From assembly GCA_963743045.1 (NCBI GenBank), contig CAVUOF010000017.1:82595-146594 (forward strand): DNA of 64,000 nt. Reading direction: 5' to 3'. Under the pieces are notes generated by a model. The model saw nothing but the letters and a program-made list of their open reading frames with translations, had not been told where the DNA came from and ran no database searches. This stretch comes from an uncultured Acidobacteriota bacterium (GTDB lineage: Bacteria > Acidobacteriota > Blastocatellia > RBC074). This document shows, piece after piece, positions 10,113 through 18,800 of the stretch. Numbering within the stretch: the stretch's first letter is position 1; every line of letters starts with the position of its first letter. A program made the position numbers and the translations under genes.

Positions 10113-10142
10113 AAAAGCGGCGACAAGTCGCCGCACTCCATA
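10113..10142. repeat. Repeat family C hairpin (gcggcgac-NN-gtcgccgc core)
   Basis: aaaagcggcgacaagtcgccgcactccata. The same core occurs at 36982, 46388 and 46484. Confidence 0.7.
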
Positions 10143-10396
10143 CCTGGCGGTTGAACTCAACTTAAAGTCTTTTAATTTGCCGCCCCGATAACCTAAAGGT
10201 ACAATATTCGGGCTTCGGGTGGCTGGATCGATACCTGGCAACCTGAAACGTTTGACTTAAATGGGCAATTGAACGACCAAGGGTCAACGGTGACTCGGCG
10301 GGTTCATCCCAGTCTTCACCATGCTGAAAGGCATGTCATCTGGGTTGAACCAGGCGATCGGATTGATTGCCTCTAAAGAAACAAAAAGGAGCTTAA

Positions 10397-11386
10397 ATGC
10401 GAACCTCACGTAGCCTGATTCATGGCCTGCTGGCAGTGTGTGCCTTGCTGGTCATATCAACAGCCGCTTTTGCGGCCGATCCAGGGCTGGTCTACCCGGC
10501 CGCTTCTGAAGTCAGCGACCAGAAGGCTGGCTCAGTTCTGTTTTACAACACGTACACTTCTTCGGCGAGTGCTCCTGCACAGGAAAACACGCCGAATCAA
10601 CATCACCAACACGAGCACTACAGGTGCTGCATTCGTGCACCTCTACTTCGTTGAGGGCACGAGCTGCGGTATCGCAGATACCTTTATCTGCTTTACTCAG
10701 AATCAGACGGCCAGCTTTACAACGGCGGACGCTGATCCCGGCACGCGCGGCTACATCGTCGCGGTTGCAGTCGATGGCTTCACGGGCTGCCCGACAAATT
10801 TCAACTTCCTGATCGGCGACGAGTACGTCAGGTACGCCTCCGGTCATACTGCAAACCTCGGAGCGGAAGCAATCGCTGCTCTGTACCCGGGCAGTTTGCC
10901 TGGATGCGATGCCAATAGCACGATCGCGACTCTCTCCTTCGACGGCATCGCCGGGTACAACCAGATTCCGCGTGTGCTTGCCGATGACTCGATTCCGTCA
11001 CGGCTCGATGGCAATGACACCAAGCTCATCGTCAACCGCGTCGGAGGCAACCTCGTGACCGGTGCGGCCACGCTAGGGACACTCTTTGCCGTCATCTATG
11101 ATGACGCGGAGAACACATTCAGCACGAGCTTTACTGGGCAATGCCACCTCGAAATTTCGCTCGGAGCCAACAATCTGCCAGGGTAGTCGGTGGCTGGAAT
11201 GCGCTCATTCCCGCAGGCCATACCGGCTGGATGAAGTTCTGGTCCACAGCAGACATCGGAATCCTCGGTGCGGCGATCAATTTCAACGCCGGCGCAAGTG
11301 GATTCAATGGTGGCCACAACCTTCACAAGCTGACGTTGTCGGCAACCAACAATTACGTCGTTCCAGTCTTCCCGCCAGCTTGCTAG
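10397..11386 (+). CDS. Secreted protein of unknown function, paralogue 4 of 4; two frame breaks (about 10592 and about 11180)
   Basis: ORFs 10397..10654, 10422..11186 and 11141..11386 together are collinear with paralogue 1. QENT|RINITNTS needs one C removed near 10592. NNLP|RVVGGW needs one base added near 11180. Confidence 0.75.
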
Positions 11387-11412
11387 TAGCTGAGCAGAAA
11401 GCACTGCGGTAA

Positions 11413-11450
11413 AGAGAAAGGCAGGTCAGATGACCTGCCTTTCTCTTTGT
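11413..11450. terminator. Bidirectional terminator hairpin between convergent genes
   Basis: agagaaaggcaggtc-agat-gacctgcctttctct is a perfect 15-bp stem, followed by ttgt on the + strand. It lies between the paralogue 4 stop (11386) and the stop of the - strand gene at 11471. Confidence 0.6.
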
Positions 11451-11470
11451 GGCGTCAATTCAACAGCGGG

Positions 11471-12427
11471 CTAACGGTACCGTAGTATCAGCCCGTCTGC
11501 GCCAACGGCCCAGACCTCCTTTTTGCGTACAAAGAGGCCATAGACATTGCCTCGAGTCTGACTCTCCTGCTCAATCCATGTCGCCCCACCGTCGCTCGTC
11601 CTGAGGATGGTCCCTTTCCAGCCGACGATCCAACCCAGCTTATCGTCCGTAAAACCGATGTTGAGCAGGGTCTGCTTATTGCTGATTGACACCGATTCCC
11701 ATGTCGCACCACTGTTTATTGTTCGCAAAACGGTGCCTTTATCGCCGACAGCGATCGCTCGCTCTTTGCTCAGCGTCTCAATGTGATATAGATGCTGCTT
11801 TGTGCCGCTCTGCTGCCGTTCCCAACTTTTGCCGCCATCGCTGGTAAAGAGAATCGCGCCACCGCCGCCCACCACCCAGCCACGCTGATCACTGACGAAC
11901 CGAACGTGAACCAGTTCATCCTTTGTGCCGCTCATCTGCTGCACCCAGGCATGTCCGCCATCGTCCGTGTGCAGGATTCGGCCTTCGGTACCAACCACCC
12001 AGCCCTTCTTCTTATCCGGAAAGGCTACGCTGTAGAGCTCAGGCGCGTCCTGTGGCCGGCTACCCGGAGGCGCGGGCAGCTGGAACATCGCCTGCCACGT
12101 GTCGCCACCGTCACTCGAATGCAGAATGCGGCCGCCGGCAGCCACGATCCATCCTTCTTCGCGGTTGCGAAAGAATATGTCGCTAAGGCTCACGGTGACT
12201 CTCGGATTCTGTGAGAACCAGTTCGCTCCGCCGTCATGCGTAGCGAGGATCAAGCCCCGGTCACCGATCACCCAGCCGTTCTTCTGATCCGCAAAGAAAA
12301 CGGCATTGAGATCGCCTTTCTTGTCATCCCGGAACGAGACCGTCCATTGCGCTCTCGTACTTGCGCTCACCAGTACAACGACGAAGAAGATTGCCGCGAT
12401 CCGAGCCGCGGCCCACCAAATGAGCAT
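11471..12427 (-). CDS. Ycf48/BNR-repeat beta-propeller protein (PSII stability/assembly-factor-like fold), membrane-anchored or exported
   Basis: Repeated SxDGGxTW-type motifs (THDGGANW, SSDGGDTW, TDDGGHAW, TSDGGKSW, NSGATW, TSDGGATW). The preferred start is MLIWWAAARIAAIFFVVVLV at 12427. The GTG at 12478 would overlap the upstream stop. Confidence 0.75.
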   Translation of the reverse strand: MLIWWAAARIAAIFFVVVLVSASTRAQWTVSFRDDKKGDLNAVFFADQKNGWVIGDRGLILATHDGGANWFSQNPRVTVSLSDIFFRNREEGWIVAAGGRILHSSDGGDTWQAMFQLPAPPGSRPQDAPELYSVAFPDKKKGWVVGTEGRILHTDDGGHAWVQQMSGTKDELVHVRFVSDQRGWVVGGGGAILFTSDGGKSWERQQSGTKQHLYHIETLSKERAIAVGDKGTVLRTINSGATWESVSISNKQTLLNIGFTDDKLGWIVGWKGTILRTSDGGATWIEQESQTRGNVYGLFVRKKEVWAVGADGLILRYR

Positions 12428-12474
12428 TTTCGATTCCTCCAGTCGTACCGCAAACGGGACAGTCTGCGGCACTA

Positions 12475-13386
12475 TCACCCCTTAAAGTTGTAACGCACGA
12501 GAGCGCGCACGCTGATCGGCCGACCATTTCGCTCAGCGGGCTTGAAGCGCAGCCTGGCTGCGGTCTGGCGAGCTGAATCATCAAGACCGAAACCTGCCCA
12601 CCTGACGACTTCGACGTCTGTTACATGCCCGTTGGCCCTAAAGACGGCCTGGACTTCAACTGTTGCCGTAATACCTGCAAGCTGGGCCTCGCTCGTATAC
12701 TGCGGCTTCAGTCTTTCGTAGAAGACCGGTTGAGTGACGCCGTTCATTGATGTCGAGGGGTCATCGAGGTCAGTTATTGCTCCATCCTCAGATGACTGGG
12801 ATGGCGGCCCGGCATCCGCTCTGCGTCCGGCCACGAGGCCGTTCTTCAGCTGACTCCACGCAGCATCAAGAGAAGAGAGAAGCCGCCGGCGGGCTGCCTC
12901 TTCGCTTTTGCCCTCTACCTGCTGAAATGCAAACGCGGCCAGGCGTCCGCTGCGTGCCTCGACCAGAAAGAGACCAATGACGCCGGGATAGTATTCAGCG
13001 CCACTGCCCGCCTCCGTTCCGATTGGTCCGACTCGCCGGGCGACAACTGCTTTTCCGGCGATGTAATACTCACAACCAATACTCATTCCGAGATCGCGCG
13101 CTTCGCGAAGGCTGAGATTCAGACTGCCGCGATAGCCGCTTCCGTGCACAGCCGAAGCAACCTGCTGTTCGTCAACCAGTTCGAGAGGCTCATTCAAGCC
13201 CTCCCTGACAGCAATCGCGCGGATGGCGCCGCCGAGCGCGCCCCCCTCGTCTCCGGCTATATCGATGAGAGCAAGGCGGGAAGAACGCCGCACGTCGGCC
13301 CGTGATGCCACAGAGAGGACCGTGATCACAAGAACTGCAACAACTCCGAAGGCCCTTCCTCCGTTTATTCGTGCGCTTCGGATCAT
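12475..13386 (-). CDS. TonB C-terminal-domain protein with an unrecognised central domain
   Basis: The C-terminus PVFYERLKPQYTSEAQLAGITATVEVQAVFRANGHVTDVEVVRWAGFGLDDSARQTAARLRFKPAERNGRPISVRALVRYNF is a typical TonB_C fold signature. There is an N-terminal TM segment. The start was chosen at MIRSARING (13386) to avoid overlapping the HD gene; 13413 is the alternative. Confidence 0.7.
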   Translation of the reverse strand: MIRSARINGGRAFGVVAVLVITVLSVASRADVRRSSRLALIDIAGDEGGALGGAIRAIAVREGLNEPLELVDEQQVASAVHGSGYRGSLNLSLREARDLGMSIGCEYYIAGKAVVARRVGPIGTEAGSGAEYYPGVIGLFLVEARSGRLAAFAFQQVEGKSEEAARRRLLSSLDAAWSQLKNGLVAGRRADAGPPSQSSEDGAITDLDDPSTSMNGVTQPVFYERLKPQYTSEAQLAGITATVEVQAVFRANGHVTDVEVVRWAGFGLDDSARQTAARLRFKPAERNGRPISVRALVRYNFKG

Positions 13387-13393
13387 GCCCGGA

Positions 13394-14659
13394 TCAGGCT
13401 CGCAATGATTCAATCGGATCGCTCAATTCCGCCGGAAAACATGCGCGGTGTATTTCGTATCCTCTCATCGCACGGACTACTTCAGACAGATCGGAAATGT
13501 CACACAATCCGTCGTCCGAGCCACTCCGCTCAATGAGCAGCCGCGCCTTGCCCTCGGCACGGTAGTAACTGTAGTAGGGGATATCTCTGGCTCTGTCCTC
13601 AATGAGGTAGTAGTCGGGATCAAAACCGAGCGACAACGATTTTTCGCGCGCCGATTCGAAGAAGGTGGCTCTCTCCTCGGGCGGCAGGTTGACATCGATG
13701 GCCTTGAAGAGGCGCCGCTCAACAAAACGGCGAGCGAGATCGCTAAGTATCGGGTCAGGCTCGCGGACCCACTGCTTGATATAGAACATTATGTCGTGGT
13801 CATCAAAGCTCAGGTAGTCAGAGACCTGGACCTCATCCCCGGCAAGAACTCTCGCCATCGCCGAATCCGCCACGAGAAAACTGAGCCGCCCCTCTTTCAT
13901 AAGCATAACAGCTCGACGAAGAATGCTTCGTAACACGGCCTCTGCCGAACGCAATGTTCGATGAAAGTAGACCTGGCGGAACATGTAGTAGCGAGCCTGG
14001 AGGTATTCCTCCACGGCGTAGAGCCCTCTCGCGGCGACATAGATGCGGTCGTTTGCTTCGTCAATCTCGATGGCGTGAATGATCCATTCGAGGTCGTAGA
14101 GTCCATACTTGGCGCCAGTCATGAGGCTGTCGCGAAGCAGATAGTCGAAGCGGTCGACATCGAGCTGTGACGAAACCAATTGTCCTACAAACGCCGGCTT
14201 GTATTCATGGTCAATCGTTGCATTGACCTTTGCCGGGAGACCCGGATCGAATTGTGCGAGCCGCTGATGCACCTCAGTCGACGGTTCAGCAATGATGCTC
14301 GTAGTCCACCGCTCGTGGTTCTGCTTGAGTACAGATTCGATGACATGCGAGAAGGGCCCATGACCGAGATCGTGGAGGAGCGCCGAGGTGCGCGCCACAA
14401 CGCGGGCCTCGGGACTGATCTTGTGACGTTTCGCGAGATGATCAAGTACACGTGTCATGAGGTGCATGACACCGAGCGAATGTGAAAAGCGAGAGTGCTC
14501 TGCTCCCTGATAGGTGTAGAACGCCAGGCCGAGTTGCTTGATATGCCTCAGCCGCTGGAACTCGGGTGTGTCGATGAGCCCGATCAGCAGGACGTCTTCC
14601 GGAAGAGTTTCCGAGAGCGCAATGACATTGTGGACTGGATCACGATAGATTCGTTCCAT
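13394..14659 (-). CDS. HD-domain metal-dependent phosphohydrolase (COG1078 / SAMHD1-like HD fold)
   Basis: [15 protein letters not shown]...[15 protein letters not shown]...[12 protein letters not shown]...[12 protein letters not shown]. Confidence 0.85.
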   Translation of the reverse strand: MERIYRDPVHNVIALSETLPEDVLLIGLIDTPEFQRLRHIKQLGLAFYTYQGAEHSRFSHSLGVMHLMTRVLDHLAKRHKISPEARVVARTSALLHDLGHGPFSHVIESVLKQNHERWTTSIIAEPSTEVHQRLAQFDPGLPAKVNATIDHEYKPAFVGQLVSSQLDVDRFDYLLRDSLMTGAKYGLYDLEWIIHAIEIDEANDRIYVAARGLYAVEEYLQARYYMFRQVYFHRTLRSAEAVLRSILRRAVMLMKEGRLSFLVADSAMARVLAGDEVQVSDYLSFDDHDIMFYIKQWVREPDPILSDLARRFVERRLFKAIDVNLPPEERATFFESAREKSLSLGFDPDYYLIEDRARDIPYYSYYRAEGKARLLIERSGSDDGLCDISDLSEVVRAMRGYEIHRACFPAELSDPIESLRA

Positions 14660-14707
14660 AGTGGATGCATCGATCGGCCGTGCTCGGCAGATGCTTATGT
14701 CGACTGA

Positions 14708-14829
14708 CGTTCTTTGCGTCCGCTTTGCGTTCTTTGCGTCTTTGCGCGAGGAGTATCCCGGTTCAGGCCTCTTGCGAAATACTCTTCACGCAAAGACGCA
14801 AAGACGCAAAGACGGGCCGCAAAGAAGAG
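14708..14829. repeat. Repeat family D: inverted blocks of short CTTTGCG / CGCAAAG(AC) oligo-repeats
   Basis: ttctttgcgtccgctttgcgttctttgcgtctttgcg (14710-14746) faces cgcaaagacgcaaagacgcaaagacgggccgcaaagaag (14789-14828), which contains 8-nt gcaaagac x3. Confidence 0.7.
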
Positions 14830-14858
14830 CCCACACCGCAGAATCCCGCGTTGGGAAT

Positions 14859-15996
14859 CTAAGCCATCTGAAGCAGTCGCGTCAGCAGCGCGGCACGGCG
14901 TGGAAGATCGTCGAGAATGATATGCTCGTGGTCCGCATGGGCGCCCGCGCCGTCGACACCAAGGCCGTCGAGGGTTGGTATACCAAGCGCCGACGTGAAG
15001 TTGCCGTCCGATCCTCCGCCCACTGCCCCATCGGCGAGATCAAAGCCGATTTCATTGGCGAGCCCGCGCGCAAGCTCGAAGAGCGCAATATTCCCGGCAG
15101 TCCGCGCCATCGGTGGACGATTGAGGCCGCCGGATATTTCAAGTCGTGCGCCCTCGATTACGGGGCGCAGAGCTCTGACGGCCTCCTCGATGGCGGCACC
15201 GCTCTCCATATTCCAGAAACGTACATCGACCTGAATCCGGGCCTCGGCCGGGACAACATTGACCGCAGTGCCACCGTCGACTCGACCGATGCTGACTGTT
15301 GTGCCGCTCTTCGGATCATTAAGCCCCGCCAGTTTCAGCGTGTGATGCGCCAGTTCCACGATGGCGTTGATTCCCTTTCCAGGGTCGAGCCCGGCGTGGG
15401 CTGCGCGGCCGATGGCCCGAATAGTGAATCCCCCCACTCCCTTGCGCGCTGTTTTAACGGTGCCGCCGGGAATCGGCGGCTCGAAGAACGAGCACCGCGG
15501 CGGCGTGGCGCGCATTCTCCTCGATCAGCGGGCGCGAGGTGCAGCTACCAATCTCCTCATCGCATGTGAGCAACAGAGTCAAAGGCCGGCGTGTCTCGAG
15601 GCCATGGAGCTTCATTGCACGGAGTGCTTCGATGAGGATGGCAATCCCGGACTTCATGTCCAAGATTCCGGGCCCGTGTGCACGCCCCTCATCAGTCACG
15701 CGGAAAGGCAATCGCTCGAGAGTTCCTGCCGGCCATACCGTGTCCATATGGCCGATGACAAGGAGTGCAGGGTCACGCTCGTCGTGGTTGAAGGAAAGGC
15801 GAGCTCGCAGATGTGATCCGTAGCCCGAATGATGAAAAAGCTCGCAATCAGCACCGAGGGACGACAGGCTTCCGGCGATTGAGGCCGCGAGAGAGGCCAA
15901 TGCAGGCTCGTCCCGCGAATTGCTCTCATGCGCCACCAGATCGTGAATCAGCGCAAGAATGGCCTCACGGCGCCCACTGAAGTGTTCTAAGAGCAT
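14859..15996 (-). CDS. M20-family metallopeptidase (carboxypeptidase G2 / glutamate carboxypeptidase-like); one frame break within 15454-15515
   Basis: ORF 15454..15996 (..[32 protein letters not shown]..) continues in ORF 14859..15515 (..[32 protein letters not shown]...GGGSDGNF..). Confidence 0.8.
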
Positions 15997-16023
15997 GATT
16001 CAAAAGACGCGGCGAAGGGAGAA

Positions 16024-16199
16024 GGCCACCAGGAAGCACAGAAGGCACAAAGTGGTACGAGGTTGATGCCAGTGTGTGGTTGATGGTTTGGCTCTGATCT
16101 TTTGTGCCCTTTGTGCCTTTTTGTGGCTATCCCCGTTTGTTCGAAGAGAGATGGCCACGAGAAAGCACCGAAGGCACAAAGTTGTGCGAGGTTGACGCG
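16024..16199. repeat. Repeat family E: two direct ~47-nt copies plus one inverted partial copy of a GGCACAAAG-containing unit
   Basis: ggccaccaggaagcacagaaggcacaaagtggtacgaggttgatgcc (16024-16070) and ggccacgagaaagcaccgaaggcacaaagttgtgcgaggttgacgcg (16153-16199). The inverted copy is ttttgtgccctttgtgcctttttgtggc (16100-16127). Confidence 0.7.
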
Positions 16200-16535
16200 C
16201 GAAACGGAATGTGTGCGATTCATGGTTCATCTCGGACTTTGAGCTTTGAGCTTTTCGTGGCTAGACTTTCATCCCGGTGGCACCCGGCGGATGATGGCGA
16301 TTCTTGACGGGAGCATCTGAATCATGCACAATTACGGGACGTCTGACAAGTTCTTGGAAGAGCCGTTAGAGCAGCGACATCATTCAGTTTCGTCAATCAC
16401 GAGAGCGGGGTCGGAACCGGCCAAAGCCGCATCGCGGGCTAACGAATCATCAGATGAACCAGTCAGTACCCATCCACTTACGTGGCTGAATCTTGAGATA
16501 CCTTGAGAGATGAGTAGAGGGGAGGATCAGTTGTC

Positions 16536-17625
16536 ATGAAGAGAAACAGCTTGTTGCTCGCGATCTCGCTGCTCGCCAGCATTTGGGTAGGCTTGCCGGC
16601 CAGCGCCGCGGCGCGGTTGTCGATTCAACAACCTAGCGATGCCGAGCGCGAGGCGTACGAGAAGTTTTATAACGAGAAGGACGAGGCTAAGAAGTTGGGA
16701 TCTGGCCAAGGATTTTGTCGGCAAATTCCCACAAAGCCAATATGCCAAGCCTGTAGACAGCTACATTCTGGGTGCTCTGGGACGGCAGTTCCAGGCGGCC
16801 TTGCAGTCATACTATCAAGGACCGGACGGACCAAAGCTTGACAAGCTGCTGGGTGTCGGAGACGAGTTCCTCAAGCGGCAGCCCGACCAGGCCTACGTCA
16901 CCACCTATATGGCGCTGGCCACTGGGGCAGGCGTCCTCGGCGGTTTCTATAAGGACATACCGAAGGCTTCCGCCCTGGCAGACAAGGCAGTGGCTCTGCT
17001 TGCGCCGACCACGCCGCCGCAAGGGTTCAAGCCGGATGAATGGAATAATCTTCGCGCCACGGGCATGAGCACGCTGAATCAGTACAAGGGGCTCTACTTC
17101 ATGAAGTCGGAGCCGATCAAGGCCGATGAAGCGATTGCCTTCTTCGACAAGGCTGCGGAGATGAAGGACGGCCCGGCAGCCAAAGACCCCAACACCTACT
17201 ATCTTCGTGCTTCCGCGTACAACACGAAGTATGACGAACTGAGCGGCAAGTATCGCGCGTTGCCCGACGATCAGAAGACTGCCGATTCAGGAAAGGCGAT
17301 CCTTGCCAAGGTCGACCCGATTGTCGACAAAATGATCGAGGACTACGCTCGGGTCTACGCACTCAGTAACAAGCCAGAGCTCAAGCAGTTGCGGGATGCA
17401 TCGAAGGAGATGGTTGATCAGTTCTGGAAGTACCGCAAGGGCGGCAAACTCGACGGACTTGATCAATACCTCAAGCAGTTTGATACGAACCCCACCGCAC
17501 CTCACCCGGTGCCTGCAACCGCCGCGACCACCTCGAACGACGGAGCGGCAGCTTCGAGCGAGAAGGCCGGCAACAGCGACGCCCCGCCCGCTACGCGAGC
17601 GAGGTCGTCGAAGGCTCACCCCTAA
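16536..17625 (+). CDS. Exported alpha-helical protein of unknown function (possibly TPR-like); one frame break near 16690-16697
   Basis: Signal peptide MKRNSLLLAISLLASIWVGLPASAA (ORF 16536..16841). The protein continues as WDLAKDFVGKFPQSQYAKPV... in ORF 16639..17625. A GGGGAGGA ribosome-binding site lies upstream. Confidence 0.5.
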
Positions 17626-17666
17626 AAAGGGTTGACAACCGTCCCGAGCTCCTGGGTTTCGGGTGA

Positions 17667-17703
17667 TTGAACCAGGGTTGGCCTTTACGCCGGCTCTGGT
17701 TCA
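17667..17703 (+). promoter_or_regulatory. Extended hairpin in the rnc leader (possible RNase III autoregulatory substrate)
   Basis: ttgaaccag (17667-17675) pairs perfectly with ctggttcaa (17695-17703). The inner ggttggc/gccggct adds about 7 more pairs including G-U. The ATG of rnc is at 17749. Confidence 0.35.
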
Positions 17704-17748
17704 AGCAACCTGGCCAGCCCTGCCGCGCGGCGCACGGCTGCAAATCGC

Positions 17749-18612
17749 ATGAGTCAAACGAGTGATGAGATCACGGCAGACGCGCCTGTGCCATCACTTT
17801 CAGCAGAGGAGAAACTCGCGGAGCTGGAGACCGCCATTGAGTACGCCTTCCGCGACCGGTCGCTTCTGCTGCGAGCATTTACCCATCGCTCCTTTGCCAA
17901 TGAACAGCCCGAGCCGCGCCCTCCCGACAATGAAGCGTTGGAATTCCTGGGTGATGCGGTACTGGCGTTCCTGATCAGTGCCTGGCTTCTGGAGCTCTTT
18001 CCTTCACAGGCTGAGGGCACGCTTTCAAAGCTGCGAGCCAATGCAGTCAGTGCCGTCGCCCTTCATACTCACGCGGCCCGTCTTCGGCTGGGCACCTTTC
18101 TCCTGCTCAACCGTGGTGAAGAGAAGACGGGCGGCAGAAATAAGGTCGCACTCCAGGTCGATGCGTTCGAGGCACTCATTGCGGCGATCTATCTCGATGG
18201 TGGAATCGATGCGGCGAGGACGTTCGTTCATCGTCAATTCGCCTCGACCTTTACCGGTCTCGATCCAGAGCACCTGGTGACAGCCGACTTCAAGACGGCG
18301 CTCCAGGAGCGTCTGCAGTCACGTGGCCTTCCTGCCCCGCAGTATGTGACGGTCGAGACGCTCGGCCCGGATCACCGCCGCACCTTCCAGGTGGAGATGC
18401 GCGTTCTTGGCCAGCGGGTCGCTGCTGGAGAAGGGCCGACCATCAAGCGTGCTCAGCAGGAGGCAGCACGCGTCGCTCTGGACGAGTTCGATGCTGCCCT
18501 CGCCAAGGCTGGAATGAGCGAGACCGCCGTGCCGGCGCAGCCTGAGGCGAGGCCGTCCTCGATTGGGGAAGACCCCACACCCGAGAGCGAGCCTCTTGAT
18601 AATGGAAATTGA
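17749..18612 (+). CDS. rnc: Ribonuclease III
   Basis: [27 protein letters not shown], the signature [12 protein letters not shown], and a C-terminal dsRBD ([16 protein letters not shown]...[12 protein letters not shown]). Confidence 0.9.
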   Translation: MSQTSDEITADAPVPSLSAEEKLAELETAIEYAFRDRSLLLRAFTHRSFANEQPEPRPPDNEALEFLGDAVLAFLISAWLLELFPSQAEGTLSKLRANAVSAVALHTHAARLRLGTFLLLNRGEEKTGGRNKVALQVDAFEALIAAIYLDGGIDAARTFVHRQFASTFTGLDPEHLVTADFKTALQERLQSRGLPAPQYVTVETLGPDHRRTFQVEMRVLGQRVAAGEGPTIKRAQQEAARVALDEFDAALAKAGMSETAVPAQPEARPSSIGEDPTPESEPLDNGN

Positions 18613-18800
18613 TACTTAAAAAGCCCAATTGATACCCACCAGGGGACAGAAAATGTCCCGTTGTTGTCCTGCCCTCTGATCGCACCGCGCCCCTCCCACC
18701 AGGGGCTGGTTCTACGAGTGCCTGCCCTGCGGGCGGCCTCGATCTCATAGATTCGAAGAATTCGATCGCATTCGGTTGAGAATCGGTCGTGGAGGAATAA

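Noticed and set aside
7153-11319. Conserved antisense ORFs inside the paralogues (7153..7377, 8377..8634, 9673..9930, 11131..11319), all encoding MWPPLNP.APALKL.AAPRIP.SAVDQNF.QPVWPAG..
   Set aside because: Their conservation follows simply from the near-identity of the sense genes in GC-rich DNA. They have no start context, ribosome-binding site or protein-like features of their own, whereas the sense frames have signal peptides, ribosome-binding sites and terminators.
13394-14659. HD-domain protein as a dNTP-depleting anti-phage defence gene
   Set aside because: COG1078-type HD proteins are widespread housekeeping-like genes. There are no neighbouring defence genes or mobile context here, so there is nothing beyond the fold resemblance.
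17632-17637. TTGACA hexamer upstream of rnc as a promoter -35
   Set aside because: No acceptable -10 hexamer (ggtttc / gtttcg) follows at 16-18 nt, so it is not called.
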